From Gammaproteobacteria bacterium (lineage in GTDB: Bacteria > Pseudomonadota > Gammaproteobacteria > UBA9339): a stretch of 64,000 nucleotides of DNA. A program made the translations under genes and the position numbers. Below, one piece after another: positions 8,956 through 21,027 of the stretch (positions within the stretch are counted from its first letter, which is position 1; every line of letters begins with the position of its first letter). Below the pieces are notes generated by a model. That model saw only the letters and a list, made by a program, of their open reading frames with translations. It ran no database searches and was not told the DNA's origin. The stretch covers positions 2,877 through 66,876 of the forward strand of contig JBAYJT010000002.1 of NCBI GenBank assembly GCA_041664965.1, written 5' to 3'.

Positions 8956-10422
8956 TTATGTAGACGTGCCACCAACCGTCAAAATATCTACTTTCAAAGT
9001 AGGTTGTCCTACATTTACAGGAACGCCCTGTCCTTCTTTGCCACAAGTCCCTACGCCAGGATCAAAAACTAAATCGTTGCCTACCATAGAAACTTTCGTC
9101 AAAACTTCCGGACCATTACCGATCAAAGCTACGTTTTTCAACGGACAGGTTATTTCTCCTTTTTCGATGAGGTAAGCTTCATTAGTAGAAAAAACAAAAT
9201 TTCCCGAAGTAATATCAACTTGTCCACCGCTAAAATTTACTGCATAAATACCGTGATCCACCGATGCAATAATTTCTTCTGGCGTAGATTCACCTGGTAA
9301 AAGATAAGTAGCTGTCATGCGTGGCAGAGGAAGCGAAGCATAAGATTCGCGTCGACCATTTCCAGTAGAAACAGTCTTCATAAGGCGAGCATTCATTTTA
9401 TCTTGCATGTAACCACGTAAAATTCCATTTTCTATTAAAACTGTTTTTTGTGTCGGCGTTCCTTCATCATCCATGTTAAGAGACCCCCTAAGTCCGCCTG
9501 GAATATTACCTTGATCCACTACTGTACAAACTGAACTTGCAACACGTTCCCCTATTCTTCCAGAAAAAACCGAACTACCTTTGCGATTAAAATCGCCTTC
9601 TAAACCATGTCCAACTGCTTCATGTAATAAAATTCCCGGCCAACCCGATCCTAATATGACAGGCATATTTCCTGCAGGAGCTGGTTTTGCACGAAGCGCT
9701 ATATCCGCAACACGCACGGCTTCCCTGGCATACTTTAATGCTGTTTCATCTTTTAGTAAAAAATCATAACCAACACGACCACCACAACTACTACTACCGC
9801 TTTCACGTTTATCTTTATCTTGCAAAATAACGCTTACATTAAAACGCAGGCTTGGACGAATATCTGCACGCAGCGGCTGATTCATAGCTGCCACCAATAT
9901 AACTGCATATTGCGCAGTTATACTCACTGCCGCATGCAGCACACGTGAATCAGCACGTAAAATTTCCGCATAAACATCTTTTAGCAATTTAACTTTGGCG
10001 GGTGTATTCAGTGTATTTAGCGGATTAAGTGGTGGATACAGTTGAGGGATAGTTGTTTTATTTTTATCGCTTGACACAGCACAAGAAAAACTCTCCCCAC
10101 TAACTAGAACGCTGCGTGCAACTTGAATAGTCTTTTTCAAGTCTTCATTACTAATTTCATCACTATAAGCAAACCCAGTCTCTGCGCCTTTTATTGCTCG
10201 AATACCAACACCTTGCCTTATAGAAAACAAATTATCTTTAACAATTCCATCTTCTAAACCCCAAGATTCAGTTTGCAAATATTGAAAATACAAATCCGCA
10301 TCATCGAGATCTTTATGCGATAAGGTTTGTAGCAGTTTTTCTACTTCTGTTAAATCTAAATCATTAGGATGCAACAAAGTTTTTGCAGCTAGGAGCAGAT
10401 TAGTGTCGTCAGTTGCCATCAA
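8956..10422 (-). CDS. tldD: metalloprotease TldD
   Basis: It has the [18 protein letters not shown] signature and collinear TldD length. Confidence 0.9.
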   Translation of the reverse strand: MMATDDTNLLLAAKTLLHPNDLDLTEVEKLLQTLSHKDLDDADLYFQYLQTESWGLEDGIVKDNLFSIRQGVGIRAIKGAETGFAYSDEISNEDLKKTIQVARSVLVSGESFSCAVSSDKNKTTIPQLYPPLNPLNTLNTPAKVKLLKDVYAEILRADSRVLHAAVSITAQYAVILVAAMNQPLRADIRPSLRFNVSVILQDKDKRESGSSSCGGRVGYDFLLKDETALKYAREAVRVADIALRAKPAPAGNMPVILGSGWPGILLHEAVGHGLEGDFNRKGSSVFSGRIGERVASSVCTVVDQGNIPGGLRGSLNMDDEGTPTQKTVLIENGILRGYMQDKMNARLMKTVSTGNGRRESYASLPLPRMTATYLLPGESTPEEIIASVDHGIYAVNFSGGQVDITSGNFVFSTNEAYLIEKGEITCPLKNVALIGNGPEVLTKVSMVGNDLVFDPGVGTCGKEGQGVPVNVGQPTLKVDILTVGGTST

Positions 10423-11609
10423 GCAATCACTTGTAACTCTCGACCAACCTTAGCGAAAGCTGCCAAAGCTTTGTCGAGATGTTCTGTTTCATGAGCGGCA
10501 GAAACTTGCGTGCGAATACGAGCTTTGCCTTGCGGAACAACTGGAAAAGAAAATCCAATCACATAAATTCCTTCAGATAAAAGCTTATCAGCCATAAGCT
10601 TAGCCAGCTTGGCATCGCCTAGCATGACAGGAATAATTGGGTGTTCGCCCGGAGGAATAGTAAAACCTAATTTTTGCAAACCAGTGCGAAAATATTTGGC
10701 ATTAGAATGGACTTTGCGACGCAATTCATCACCACTTTCTAATAAATCCAAAACTTTTATAGAAGCTGCAGCAATCATTGGCGCTAATGTGTTAGAAAAC
10801 AAATATGGACGTGACCTTTGACGTAACCAATCGATAACTTCTTTACGAGCACTAGTGTAACCACCAGAAGCACCGCCCATAGCTTTTCCTAAAGTTCCTG
10901 TAATAATATCAATACGGCCCATAACACCGCGATACTCATGCGTTCCGCGACCCTTCTCCCCGATAAAACCAACTGCGTGGGAATCGTCAACTGCGACCAA
11001 AGCTTCATATTTATCTGCCAAATCACAGATAGCCGACAAATTAGCAATGGTTCCATCCATAGAAAATACGCCATCAGTCATAATTAATTTAAATCGACAG
11101 CTTTGCGCTTCTTTTAATTTCAATTCCAAATCTGCCATATCATTATTGTTATAACGATATCGCTGTGCTTTACAAAGACGAATACCGTCGATAATGCTAG
11201 CATGATTAAGAGAATCACTAATAATAGCATCTGGCTCTTCTAACAAAGCCTCAAACAAGCCTCCATTGGCATCAAAACAAGATGAATAGAGAATAGTATC
11301 TTCCATACCTAAGAATTGACTTAAGCGCTTTTCTAATTCTTTATGAATAGTTTGAGTGCCACAAATAAATCTTACAGAAGACAAACCAAAACCATAGGTA
11401 TTTAAAGCTTCTTGAGCAGTGGCAATTAAAGCTGGATGATTAGCTAAGCCTAGATAATTGTTGGCGCAAAGATTAATAACCTCAGCACCGGCTTTAACTT
11501 TGATCTCTGCACCCTGCGGAGATTCTATAACTCGTTCGTTTTTATACAAACCGTTTTCCTGTAGACCTTGCAAGGATGTGGCTAGATTATCGTAGAATTG
11601 TTTACGCAT
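10419..11609 (-). CDS. kbl: glycine C-acetyltransferase (2-amino-3-ketobutyrate CoA ligase)
   Basis: It has [18 protein letters not shown]...[10 protein letters not shown]...[16 protein letters not shown] and a PLP-Lys region (FSMDG). No tdh gene is adjacent. Confidence 0.8.
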   Translation of the reverse strand: MRKQFYDNLATSLQGLQENGLYKNERVIESPQGAEIKVKAGAEVINLCANNYLGLANHPALIATAQEALNTYGFGLSSVRFICGTQTIHKELEKRLSQFLGMEDTILYSSCFDANGGLFEALLEEPDAIISDSLNHASIIDGIRLCKAQRYRYNNNDMADLELKLKEAQSCRFKLIMTDGVFSMDGTIANLSAICDLADKYEALVAVDDSHAVGFIGEKGRGTHEYRGVMGRIDIITGTLGKAMGGASGGYTSARKEVIDWLRQRSRPYLFSNTLAPMIAAASIKVLDLLESGDELRRKVHSNAKYFRTGLQKLGFTIPPGEHPIIPVMLGDAKLAKLMADKLLSEGIYVIGFSFPVVPQGKARIRTQVSAAHETEHLDKALAAFAKVGRELQVIA

Positions 11610-11641
11610 GGTTTTATCCTGAAGAAAAAAGAAAGAAAAAA

Positions 11642-11730
11642 TGGTGCCCGGGGCCGGAATCGAACCGGCACGACCCTTACGGATCGAGGGATTTTAAGTC
11701 CCTTGCGTCTACCTGTTTCGCCACCCGGGC
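11642..11730 (-). tRNA. tRNA-Leu (TAA), long variable arm
   Basis: The reverse complement is GCCCGGGTGGCGAAACAGGTAGACGCAAGGGACTTAAAATCCCTCG...GGTTCGATTCCGGCCCCGGGCACCA. Confidence 0.93.
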
Positions 11731-11737
11731 GTTTCAA

Positions 11738-11811
11738 TGGAGGCTGGAGACGGAATCGAACCGACGTCTACGGCTTTGCAGGCCGCTGCATAACCACTCT
11801 GCTATCCAGCC
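11738..11811 (-). tRNA. tRNA-Cys (GCA)
   Basis: The reverse complement is GGCTGGATAGCAGAGTGGTTATGCAGCGGCCTGCAAAGCCGTAGACGTCGGTTCGATTCCGTCTCCAGCCTCCA. Confidence 0.93.
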
Positions 11812-11865
11812 AAAACAAATTAGGCGACCCTAAGCCGCCTAATCGTTTTTATTTTTATTTTAAAA

Positions 11866-11941
<76 letters not shown>

Positions 11942-11971
11942 GTTATATACCCTTCGTCTTAGGGACCCTTA

Positions 11972-12574
11972 TTATTCCTTTTCTTTTGCCATTGTCAAGT
12001 CTGGCCATGCAGTTTTTAAATACATATACATCGACCAAAGTGTCAAAAAAACTGCCGCATAAAGCAAAATAACGCCAGCAGCAAACCAATATCTCGATCC
12101 CGCCGGCTGGTACATAAGCAGGCACACTAGCGCGAGCATTTGCATAAAAGTTTTGATTTTTGCCACAAATCCCACTGCAACACTCGTCCTTTTGCCAATT
12201 TCCGCCATCCATTCGCGCAATGCTGAAACCACAATTTCTCTACCAACAATCACTGCTGCTGGTAATGTTATCCAAACTGAACCAAATTGCCCCACCAAAA
12301 GTACTAGTGCCACAGCAACAACCAATTTATCAGCTACCGGATCTAAAAAAGCGCCGAATTTAGTAATTTGTTTTAGGCTACGAGCCAAATATCCATCAAA
12401 CCAGTCGGTAATAGCAACAATAAAAAATATAAAAGCGGCCAAAAAATGCGTAAAACGCCATGGCAAATAAAAGCAAAGCACAAACGCCGGTAGCAAGAAA
12501 ATGCGGATTAACGTCAGCAAATTCGGTAAATTAATTTTATTTTTTCGATCCTTCATAATTTTTATTGGGCGCAC
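11972..12574 (-). CDS. pgsA: CDP-diacylglycerol--glycerol-3-phosphate 3-phosphatidyltransferase
   Basis: It has NLPNLLTLIRI...DWFDGYLAR...FGAFLDPVADK, the CDP-alcohol phosphatidyltransferase motif. Confidence 0.9.
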   Translation of the reverse strand: MRPIKIMKDRKNKINLPNLLTLIRIFLLPAFVLCFYLPWRFTHFLAAFIFFIVAITDWFDGYLARSLKQITKFGAFLDPVADKLVVAVALVLLVGQFGSVWITLPAAVIVGREIVVSALREWMAEIGKRTSVAVGFVAKIKTFMQMLALVCLLMYQPAGSRYWFAAGVILLYAAVFLTLWSMYMYLKTAWPDLTMAKEKE

Positions 12575-12587
12575 ACAAGATGCGCCC

Positions 12588-13007
12588 CTACTCGTTTGTT
12601 CTGATTTCTTTGGCGGCTTTATCTAACACGCCATTCACATATTTAAAGCCGTCTTGCGAACCAAAAGTTTTGGCTAATTCCAAAGCCTCGTTTATTACAA
12701 CTTTGTAAGGCGTTTCTAGATTATACATCAATTCGTAAAGAGCTAAACGTAAAACCGCTAATTCGATTGGATTTAGATCGGCAAGTGGTCGATCTAGAAA
12801 TGGCGTCATTTTAGCGTCTAATTCCTTACAATTCTTCAGGATTCCTTGCAAAAGCTCCATAAAAAAAGCTTCGTCGTATTTAGTGCTTTTAGCAAAATCT
12901 GAAAACTGTGCGATTAAGCCACTTTCTGTATCTGCATTAAATTGCCACTGATAAACAGCTTGTAGTGCTAATTCTCGCGCTTTATGTCGTAACTTTGGAT
13001 TCATCAT
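12588..13007 (-). CDS. nusB: transcription antitermination factor NusB
   Basis: The start is trimmed to MMNPKLRHKARELALQAVYQW. This avoids an overlap with the glyA stop. Confidence 0.88.
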   Translation of the reverse strand: MMNPKLRHKARELALQAVYQWQFNADTESGLIAQFSDFAKSTKYDEAFFMELLQGILKNCKELDAKMTPFLDRPLADLNPIELAVLRLALYELMYNLETPYKVVINEALELAKTFGSQDGFKYVNGVLDKAAKEIRTNE

Positions 13008-13012
13008 TTTAT

Positions 13013-14266
13013 TTATCCATACACTGGGAATTTTTTGCATAAATCCAAAACTTGCTTACGAACACGCTCTTGCACACTCACATTTTTTACATCATCCAAA
13101 ATATCGCAAATCCAATTAGCCAATAGAACAGATTCGACTTCTTTCATACCACGAGTCGTAATCGCAGGCGTGCCGAGTCTCATACCACTTGTCACAAAGG
13201 GCGATCTTGGATCATTGGGAACAGAATTTTTGTTGACGGTAATGTAGGCGTTGCCCAGCGCATCGGCAGCATCTTTGCCTGTGATATCTTTTTTCACTAA
13301 ATTCACGAGAAAAAGATGATTATCCGTGCCTCCTGAAACTAAGTCTATACCGCGCTTTAACAAAACTTCTGCCATAGCTTTCGCATTCAATAAAATTTGC
13401 TTTTGATAATCTTTAAATTCCGGCTGTAAGGCTTCTTCAAAAGCCACAGCTTTGGCCGCAATAACATGCATTAATGGCCCACCCTGCATACCAGGAAAAA
13501 CGGCAGAATTTAGCTTTTTTTCTATATCGGGATTAGCTTTAGCCAAAATCAAACCACCACGCGGACCACGCAAAGTTTTGTGCGTTGTCGAGGTAGTAAC
13601 ATCGGCAATTTGCACCGGCGACGGATAAAGTCCAACGGCTACAAGACCTGCCACATGGGCCATATCCGCCACTAAGTAGGCGCCAACCTCATCAGCAATG
13701 GCGCGAAAGCGCTGCCAATCTACTATGCGAGAATAAGCCGAAAAACCCGCTATAATCATTTTGGGCTTATGTTCGCGAGCTAGCTTTAAAACTTGATCGT
13801 AGTCGATCTCACCTGTCTCAAGCTTCAATCCATATAGAACTGAATTATAAATCTTGCCCGAGAAATTAACTTTGGATCCATGTGTTAAATGACCACCGTC
13901 AGCCAAACTCATGCCAAGCACCGTATCACCATGATTAAGAAGCGCCATATACACAGCCGCATTGGCTTGCGAACCAGAATGTGGCTGCACGTTAGCATAA
14001 GCTGCGCCAAAAAGCTTTTTAACTCGCTCTATGGCTAAGTTTTCCGCTATATCCACATATTCACAGCCACCATAGTAACGCTTACCCGGATAGCCTTCGG
14101 CATATTTATTGGTTAAAACAGAACCTTGTGCCTCTAAAACTCTGGGACTTACATAGTTTTCCGAAGCTATAAGCTCAATATGCTCTTCTTGGCGCTTGGC
14201 CTCTTGTTGCATTGCCGACCATAAAGCCGCATCGAAATCCGCAATATTCATATTATTTTTGTACAT
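13013..14266 (-). CDS. glyA: serine hydroxymethyltransferase
   Basis: It has [19 protein letters not shown]...[13 protein letters not shown], the PLP site. Confidence 0.95.
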   Translation of the reverse strand: MYKNNMNIADFDAALWSAMQQEAKRQEEHIELIASENYVSPRVLEAQGSVLTNKYAEGYPGKRYYGGCEYVDIAENLAIERVKKLFGAAYANVQPHSGSQANAAVYMALLNHGDTVLGMSLADGGHLTHGSKVNFSGKIYNSVLYGLKLETGEIDYDQVLKLAREHKPKMIIAGFSAYSRIVDWQRFRAIADEVGAYLVADMAHVAGLVAVGLYPSPVQIADVTTSTTHKTLRGPRGGLILAKANPDIEKKLNSAVFPGMQGGPLMHVIAAKAVAFEEALQPEFKDYQKQILLNAKAMAEVLLKRGIDLVSGGTDNHLFLVNLVKKDITGKDAADALGNAYITVNKNSVPNDPRSPFVTSGMRLGTPAITTRGMKEVESVLLANWICDILDDVKNVSVQERVRKQVLDLCKKFPVYG

Positions 14267-14283
14267 ACTTCCCCCGAAAAACG

Positions 14284-14337
14284 CACTTCAGAATACAACT
14301 TATTGATTTATAAAGAAAACCCATAGACATGTTTTTT
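14284..14337 (-). repeat. family-A dispersed intergenic repeat, copy 1
   Basis: The reverse complement AAAAAACATGTCTATGGGTTTTCTTTATAAATCAATAAGTTGTATTCTGAAGT matches the consensus AAAACATGTCTACnnGTTTTCTTTATAAATCAATAAGTTATAnTTTAAAGTT. Confidence 0.8.
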
Positions 14338-14545
14338 TACAAGCGCTAGTTTAATGGAGGTTTGCATAGAGCGCAATGGGTTAAGTTCTTTTCTCAAGAT
14401 AGAGTTTGAGCAGTAACTGTTTGCGAGTTTTCTGATGGCGGTTGAAAGGTAAACTTGTCATTCATAAAAAACACTGTATTGCCGGGTAAGGTCAGCGGGT
14501 TTATAATGAATTAAGGGAGGGGGAAGGGATCCGAACACAAAAATC

Positions 14546-14598
14546 AGCGGACCTTAACTTTAAATTATAACTCTTTGATTTTTAAGAAATTCTTATAG
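14546..14598 (-). repeat. family-A repeat, copy 2
   Basis: The reverse complement is AAAAATATGTCTATAAGAATTTCTTAAAAATCAAAGAGTTATAATTTAAAGTT. Confidence 0.8.
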
Positions 14599-14652
14599 AC
14601 ATATTTTTGATAATTATGTACAACACGAACAAAGACAAAAAAATTCCCAAAC

Positions 14653-16721
<2,069 letters not shown>

Positions 16722-16881
16722 CCATCTTGCGTAAGATAATTCCCTAAAGTCTCGCGCAACACAATAATCCAAATAAATAATTTAAAAACACGGTATAGAC
16801 TTTATTTTTAAATCAGCAAAAATATGCCGTATTTTCATAAAACAGTTTTTGTTTTAATTAACCAAATTGAGCAATATCCGC

Positions 16882-17898
16882 ATGAAGATTACAAAAGCAC
16901 AAAACTATACCGAACTTTTGCAAAATATTAAGCAACGAATTCATTCCGCTCAATATGACGCCTTAAAGGTTGTAAACCAACAACTAATCGAGCTTTATTG
17001 GGATATAGGAAAAATGATAGCAGAACGGCAAGAAAAAGATGGCTGGGGCATGTCTATTGTAGAACGTTTATCCCAAGACTTACAGAAAGAACTTGTTGGG
17101 GTAAAAGGATTCTCAGCTCGCAATTTGTGGTACATGCGTAATTTTTTCACGCTTTACAGCAAAAACACAAAACTGCAACCGATGGTTGCAGAAATAGGAT
17201 GGTCACATAACGTAATAATCTTAACACGCTGCAAAGATAACCTAGAACGGGAATTTTATATTCGTATGACACGTAAATTTGGTTGGTCTAAAAGTGTCTT
17301 GATTCATAAAATTGCAAGCAAAAATTATGAAAAAATGCTTACAGGTCAAAATAATTTTGACAAAACTGTTCCAGAAATAATTCAGAAACAAGCGAAATTG
17401 GCAATTAAAGATGAGTATACTTTCGGCTTCTTAGACCTTGACATAGAACATAGTGAAAAAGATCTTGAACAAGCTATTCTTTCTCGCATGGATAAGTTTC
17501 TGCGTGAAATGGGCGGAGCTTTAGCTTTCGTGGGCAGCCAATACAAGCTAGAAGTTAGCAATACAGAATATTTTATCGATATTCTTCTCTATCACAGGCA
17601 TCTAAAAGCATTAATAGCATTAGAGCTGAAGGTTGGGGAATTTTTACCAGAATATGTTGGAAAAATGCAGTTCTATTTAGCCGTGCTTGATGATAAAGTA
17701 CGGGCTGAAGGAGAAAACCCTTCCATCGGCATAATAATTTGTAAAGAAAAAGATCGAGCAATAGTGGAATATACTTTAAAAACGAGTAATAAACCGATAG
17801 GGGTAGCTGAATATACTGTCTTGTCTAATGTTCCCCAAAATTTAAAAAAACAACTGCCAACTCCAAAGCAAATTGCAATTTTATTACAAGAGGTCTAA
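16882..17898 (+). CDS. DUF1016/YhcG-family PD-(D/E)XK nuclease domain protein
   Basis: ELYWDIGKMI...GFSARNLWYMRNFF... and the C-terminal IDILLYH...ALELKVGEF core are typical of YhcG-like proteins. The ATG at 16882 is preferred over the TTG at 16867. Confidence 0.75.
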   Translation: MKITKAQNYTELLQNIKQRIHSAQYDALKVVNQQLIELYWDIGKMIAERQEKDGWGMSIVERLSQDLQKELVGVKGFSARNLWYMRNFFTLYSKNTKLQPMVAEIGWSHNVIILTRCKDNLEREFYIRMTRKFGWSKSVLIHKIASKNYEKMLTGQNNFDKTVPEIIQKQAKLAIKDEYTFGFLDLDIEHSEKDLEQAILSRMDKFLREMGGALAFVGSQYKLEVSNTEYFIDILLYHRHLKALIALELKVGEFLPEYVGKMQFYLAVLDDKVRAEGENPSIGIIICKEKDRAIVEYTLKTSNKPIGVAEYTVLSNVPQNLKKQLPTPKQIAILLQEV

Positions 17899-17921
17899 AA
17901 AATACCCGAAAGTTAAAAGTT

Positions 17922-18221
17922 ATGATTATTCAATTCCCAAAAAAGAAAAAAGACTTTTCTTTATCTACAGAACTAGCAAGTGAACTGGATCGACTGGCAA
18001 CACTTTCAAATAAAGAAATAGATCTTTCTGATATTCCAGAACTGGATTTTGACAAATTGGGTAATCCCGTAATTGGAAAATTTTACCGCCCCACAAAAAA
18101 ATTAATCTCAATTCGCATAGACAGCGATGTTTTACATTGGTTTAAACAGTTCCCGCAATATCAAAAACTAATCAATCGCGTTTGCAGAATGTATATGGAG
18201 AAAGCGCGAGCCGCAAGATAA
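17922..18221 (+). CDS. brnA: BrnA-family (COG3514) antitoxin-like protein
   Basis: DLSDIPELD...KKLISIRIDSDVLHWFKQ...YQKLINRVCRMYME matches the BrnA pattern. No BrnT-like toxin ORF is adjacent. Confidence 0.7.
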   Translation: MIIQFPKKKKDFSLSTELASELDRLATLSNKEIDLSDIPELDFDKLGNPVIGKFYRPTKKLISIRIDSDVLHWFKQFPQYQKLINRVCRMYMEKARAAR

Positions 18222-18227
18222 TGGGCT

Positions 18228-19046
18228 CTAACCAGCTACTGTCTCATCAATAAACCCCAAAATCACTTTACTAAAAAGCTCTGGCTCTTCAATACAAGGC
18301 ACGTGCCCTACCCCGCCTTCAAAACAAAAATACTTGGCATTAGGAATGAGCTTACTCAAATTGCGAATAAGGTTTTCCGGGAATATTTTATCTTCGTCAG
18401 AACCAATAACCAGACAAGGTTTATTAATCTTATGCACCCACGAACTTGCATCGAAATTTAAACAAGCATGCATTTGATTTTTAAAGCCGATAGCTGTGGC
18501 GGGATATTTGTTTTCAAATTCAGATTTAACTATAAACTCTATCAATCCGGGCCTACTTAAAAACTTATCTGAAAAACACCAACCAAGTCCGGCTTTTACT
18601 ATAGCGTCCAATGGCGCTCTGGTTTCTATAAGTTTCAATTGAGATTCTAAAAGCAACTTAAACCCAACACCACTATACTTTTCTACAGAATTAGAAATTA
18701 TGGCTGCTTTGGTAAGATCAGGATATTTGTAGGCCAACGTTTGGGTGATAAATCCACCCATAGAATTTCCAATAAAAGTGGCTTTATGTACATTTAACTC
18801 TTTGCACAACGCAGCTGTATCATCCGCCATCATGTCTACTGTATACGGATAATCAGGTCTGTCAGATTGCCCAACACCGCGATTATCAAAAACTATCACC
18901 CGATGATTACGTGTACATTCCTTAAGAAGCCCGCTCCACATCAAATGATCCCCACTAAATCCAGAAATAAACACTATTGGATCACCCTTCTCTCCGCTAT
19001 ATTCCTCGTAATAAAGACTTATATCTTTCACTTTTATTTTGGGCAT
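18228..19046 (-). CDS. alpha/beta-fold hydrolase
   Basis: It has the nucleophile elbow GNSMGG and the oxyanion region ISGFSG. Length is 272 aa. Confidence 0.85.
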   Translation of the reverse strand: MPKIKVKDISLYYEEYSGEKGDPIVFISGFSGDHLMWSGLLKECTRNHRVIVFDNRGVGQSDRPDYPYTVDMMADDTAALCKELNVHKATFIGNSMGGFITQTLAYKYPDLTKAAIISNSVEKYSGVGFKLLLESQLKLIETRAPLDAIVKAGLGWCFSDKFLSRPGLIEFIVKSEFENKYPATAIGFKNQMHACLNFDASSWVHKINKPCLVIGSDEDKIFPENLIRNLSKLIPNAKYFCFEGGVGHVPCIEEPELFSKVILGFIDETVAG

Positions 19047-19116
19047 TATGTTCTCTCCTAATTGGTTAGTGGTTCTTGTGTACCACAGAAATATAGCATG
19101 GAAGTAAGAGAAAATC

Positions 19117-19311
19117 TTACTTCGGTTTCACATTCTGTACCATAACAACTTCCTCTACCTGGCTTATTGAGTTGTCAATGACTCCTGATTCTTGATTCTG
19201 GTAGATATTTGAAGATGGCAAACTTAAAATATTCAAGAGCTCCGTTAGTGAATAACATGTAAAAGTCGCGGACTCTGGAACTCTAATAACTTTCGGCGAT
19301 GTTGTGCCCAT
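19117..19311 (-). CDS. hypothetical small protein (weak call)
   Basis: The ORF is trimmed to MGTTSPKV with an AGGAAA RBS. No similarity was recognised. Confidence 0.25.
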   Translation of the reverse strand: MGTTSPKVIRVPESATFTCYSLTELLNILSLPSSNIYQNQESGVIDNSISQVEEVVMVQNVKPK

Positions 19312-19402
19312 AGTTAATTTCCTAAATAAAAAAACTATCAATATAATTTTAGGCTCTTATAAAATAGCATACGAAACTTATCTCAGTACACTAAAAATGC
19401 AA

Positions 19403-19454
19403 AAAACATGTCTACAACAATTTGTTATAAATCAATAACTTATACTTTAAAGTT
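19403..19454 (+). repeat. family-A repeat, copy 3
   Basis: The sequence is AAAACATGTCTACAACAATTTGTTATAAATCAATAACTTATACTTTAAAGTT. Confidence 0.85.
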
Positions 19455-19587
19455 ATGATCTTTCAGAAACCTCAGGCGGAATCTAGAAATATCTAAGTCT
19501 AATTTTTGGATTGATTATTTGTTATTTTTTGCAAGCAATTTCCGTCAAAAATGCCGTTTTTTACCACGAAAGATCTCTAAGCACCCC

Positions 19588-19617
19588 GTCATCCCGCGAC
19601 CTGATCGCGGTATCCAG
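19588..19617. repeat. family-C GC-rich hairpin repeat (single unit)
   Basis: GTCATCCCGCGACCTGATCGCGGTATCCAG has the internal stem CCGCGA/TCGCGG. It is related to the double unit at 24441-24520. Confidence 0.7.
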
Positions 19618-19631
19618 AAAATTCTAGCAGC

Positions 19632-19663
19632 CTAAGAAAGCGTTAAGTTTGGTGTGATAGAAT
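19632..19663 (+). promoter_or_regulatory. PmrA-box-like motif plus -10 (CTAAGAAAGCGTTAAGTTT - N - TAGAAT)
   Basis: It is CTAA-N7-TTAA followed 11 nt later by TAGAAT, about 45 nt upstream of the ATG at 19707. A near-identical 19-mer lies upstream of the 507-aa gene. Confidence 0.45.
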
Positions 19664-19706
19664 GGCGGCAATTTAGCAACTTAACGAAAAATATGAGAAG
19701 AAGTTT

Positions 19707-19931
19707 ATGGCTTGGCAAACCAAAGATCCTGAAATTGTTGATAAGGGCATTTTGCCAACGACTATTGCACCCTCTACAAAAGCACATACTTCTCCCAATA
19801 CCAAAGTACAAAAGGTAAACCGAGCAACTTTTAATCTTTTTGGATTTACACCACCCCCTCCTACTTCGCCCCAAAGTAGCCCTAACACTACTTCGCCTAC
19901 CAGTACTTCACCCACAGCAGCAAAATCATAA
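19707..19931 (+). CDS. small Pro/Ser/Thr-rich hypothetical protein
   Basis: The 74-aa ORF is bracketed by a promoter-like motif upstream and a bidirectional terminator immediately downstream. The C-terminal half is low-complexity (PPPPTSPQSSPNTTSPTSTSP). Confidence 0.5.
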   Translation: MAWQTKDPEIVDKGILPTTIAPSTKAHTSPNTKVQKVNRATFNLFGFTPPPPTSPQSSPNTTSPTSTSPTAAKS

Positions 19932-19933
19932 GT

Positions 19934-19974
19934 AAAAAAAAAGCCAAACCCGAGGTTAGTGGGTTTGGCTTTTG
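19934..19974. terminator. bidirectional rho-independent terminator between convergent genes
   Basis: The stem AAGCCAAACCC / GGGTTTGGCTT is flanked by an A-run and a T-run. Confidence 0.8.
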
Positions 19975-19995
19975 AGAAACTAACGTCAGACTAAT

Positions 19996-20937
19996 TTAAA
20001 TCGCAGAAACTGGAGTAGCAGTTCGATCTATACTTTCTGTCGCATTCTGCTGTGGATTTGGTGTCGCTTTAATACCTTTCTCAAGATTTTGAAACAACGA
20101 GTGCATTCCATAAAATGAGGTACCTAAGGGACTTTCATCCATATGCTGCTTAACAACCTTCAACACTTTCTCCATCTTAGCCACATCTGGTGGAAAATGC
20201 ACAGATAGCTTACTCTTAACAATATGCTTTACAGCTGCGTTCAGAAGAGTTGCGTTTGTGTCAGCGTAGGATGCTAGCCTATCACCGCGGCCTTTCGCAT
20301 CAAGCTTGTCAAACTCTTTAGGTGAAAACTCTTGCGTAGCATTTTTCTTACCAAAGAATCCAGCAAAAAAGTTACCAACAGCTGATTTAATTTGCGACCA
20401 AATACTTGGTTTTGCTTGGGAAGCATGCTCTTGTGTGACAACAGGCGCTGCATTTGGAACAGCAGCAGGCACAGTAGGAGCAACTGCAACTGGTACTGGA
20501 GCAGTAGGAGCAGGTGCACTGTCAATGTGTTGGATAGGTGCAACCGGATTTGTTGGCGTTGTTTGAGCAGTCGACGCTGCAGGTACACCTAGATCATCAT
20601 GAAATTTTTTATGAGCATGTTTCGCTTTCGCCACAGCAACTTGTTGCTGAATAGAAGATGTTTGAGTTGCATGTGGAACGACCATGTTAACTGGTCTGGC
20701 AGATTCCGATGACGCCGGCGATTCCTCACTAAATTTCAGATGCCTATACTTCTCTTTCTTTTGATAAACTGTCTCTGCGAACTGATCAAACTTACCGACA
20801 CCAGATCTGGGTGGGGTGCTAAGGTGGCCACCCTCTGGACTATTGTCAAGAACAACCCTTCGGTGACGATGCCGTTCCTTGGCCGCTGCAACACTGGCTT
20901 GGAAAGCGCTTGCAGAACGATCGGGTGTATATGGCAT
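19996..20937 (-). CDS. hypothetical Ala/Pro-rich protein
   Basis: The 313-aa ORF has a GGAGG RBS. It contains an internal duplicated basic motif (AAAKERHRHRR / AVAKAKHAHKK), a central AP-rich tract and a C-terminal globular-looking ~130 aa. Confidence 0.6.
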   Translation of the reverse strand: MPYTPDRSASAFQASVAAAKERHRHRRVVLDNSPEGGHLSTPPRSGVGKFDQFAETVYQKKEKYRHLKFSEESPASSESARPVNMVVPHATQTSSIQQQVAVAKAKHAHKKFHDDLGVPAASTAQTTPTNPVAPIQHIDSAPAPTAPVPVAVAPTVPAAVPNAAPVVTQEHASQAKPSIWSQIKSAVGNFFAGFFGKKNATQEFSPKEFDKLDAKGRGDRLASYADTNATLLNAAVKHIVKSKLSVHFPPDVAKMEKVLKVVKQHMDESPLGTSFYGMHSLFQNLEKGIKATPNPQQNATESIDRTATPVSAI

Positions 20938-21027
20938 AAAAACCTCCTTTAAATGGAAATAATATTAAAATAATATAACATTCTTATATCGTAAATAAAA
21001 ATAAAACATAATAAAATCTATAAGTAA

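Noticed and set aside
10419-11609. Alternative call as 8-amino-7-oxononanoate synthase (bioF)
   Set aside because: The N-terminal [13 protein letters not shown] motif and the overall similarity pattern fit Kbl better. No bio genes are adjacent. The family-level assignment (alpha-oxoamine synthase) is secure either way.
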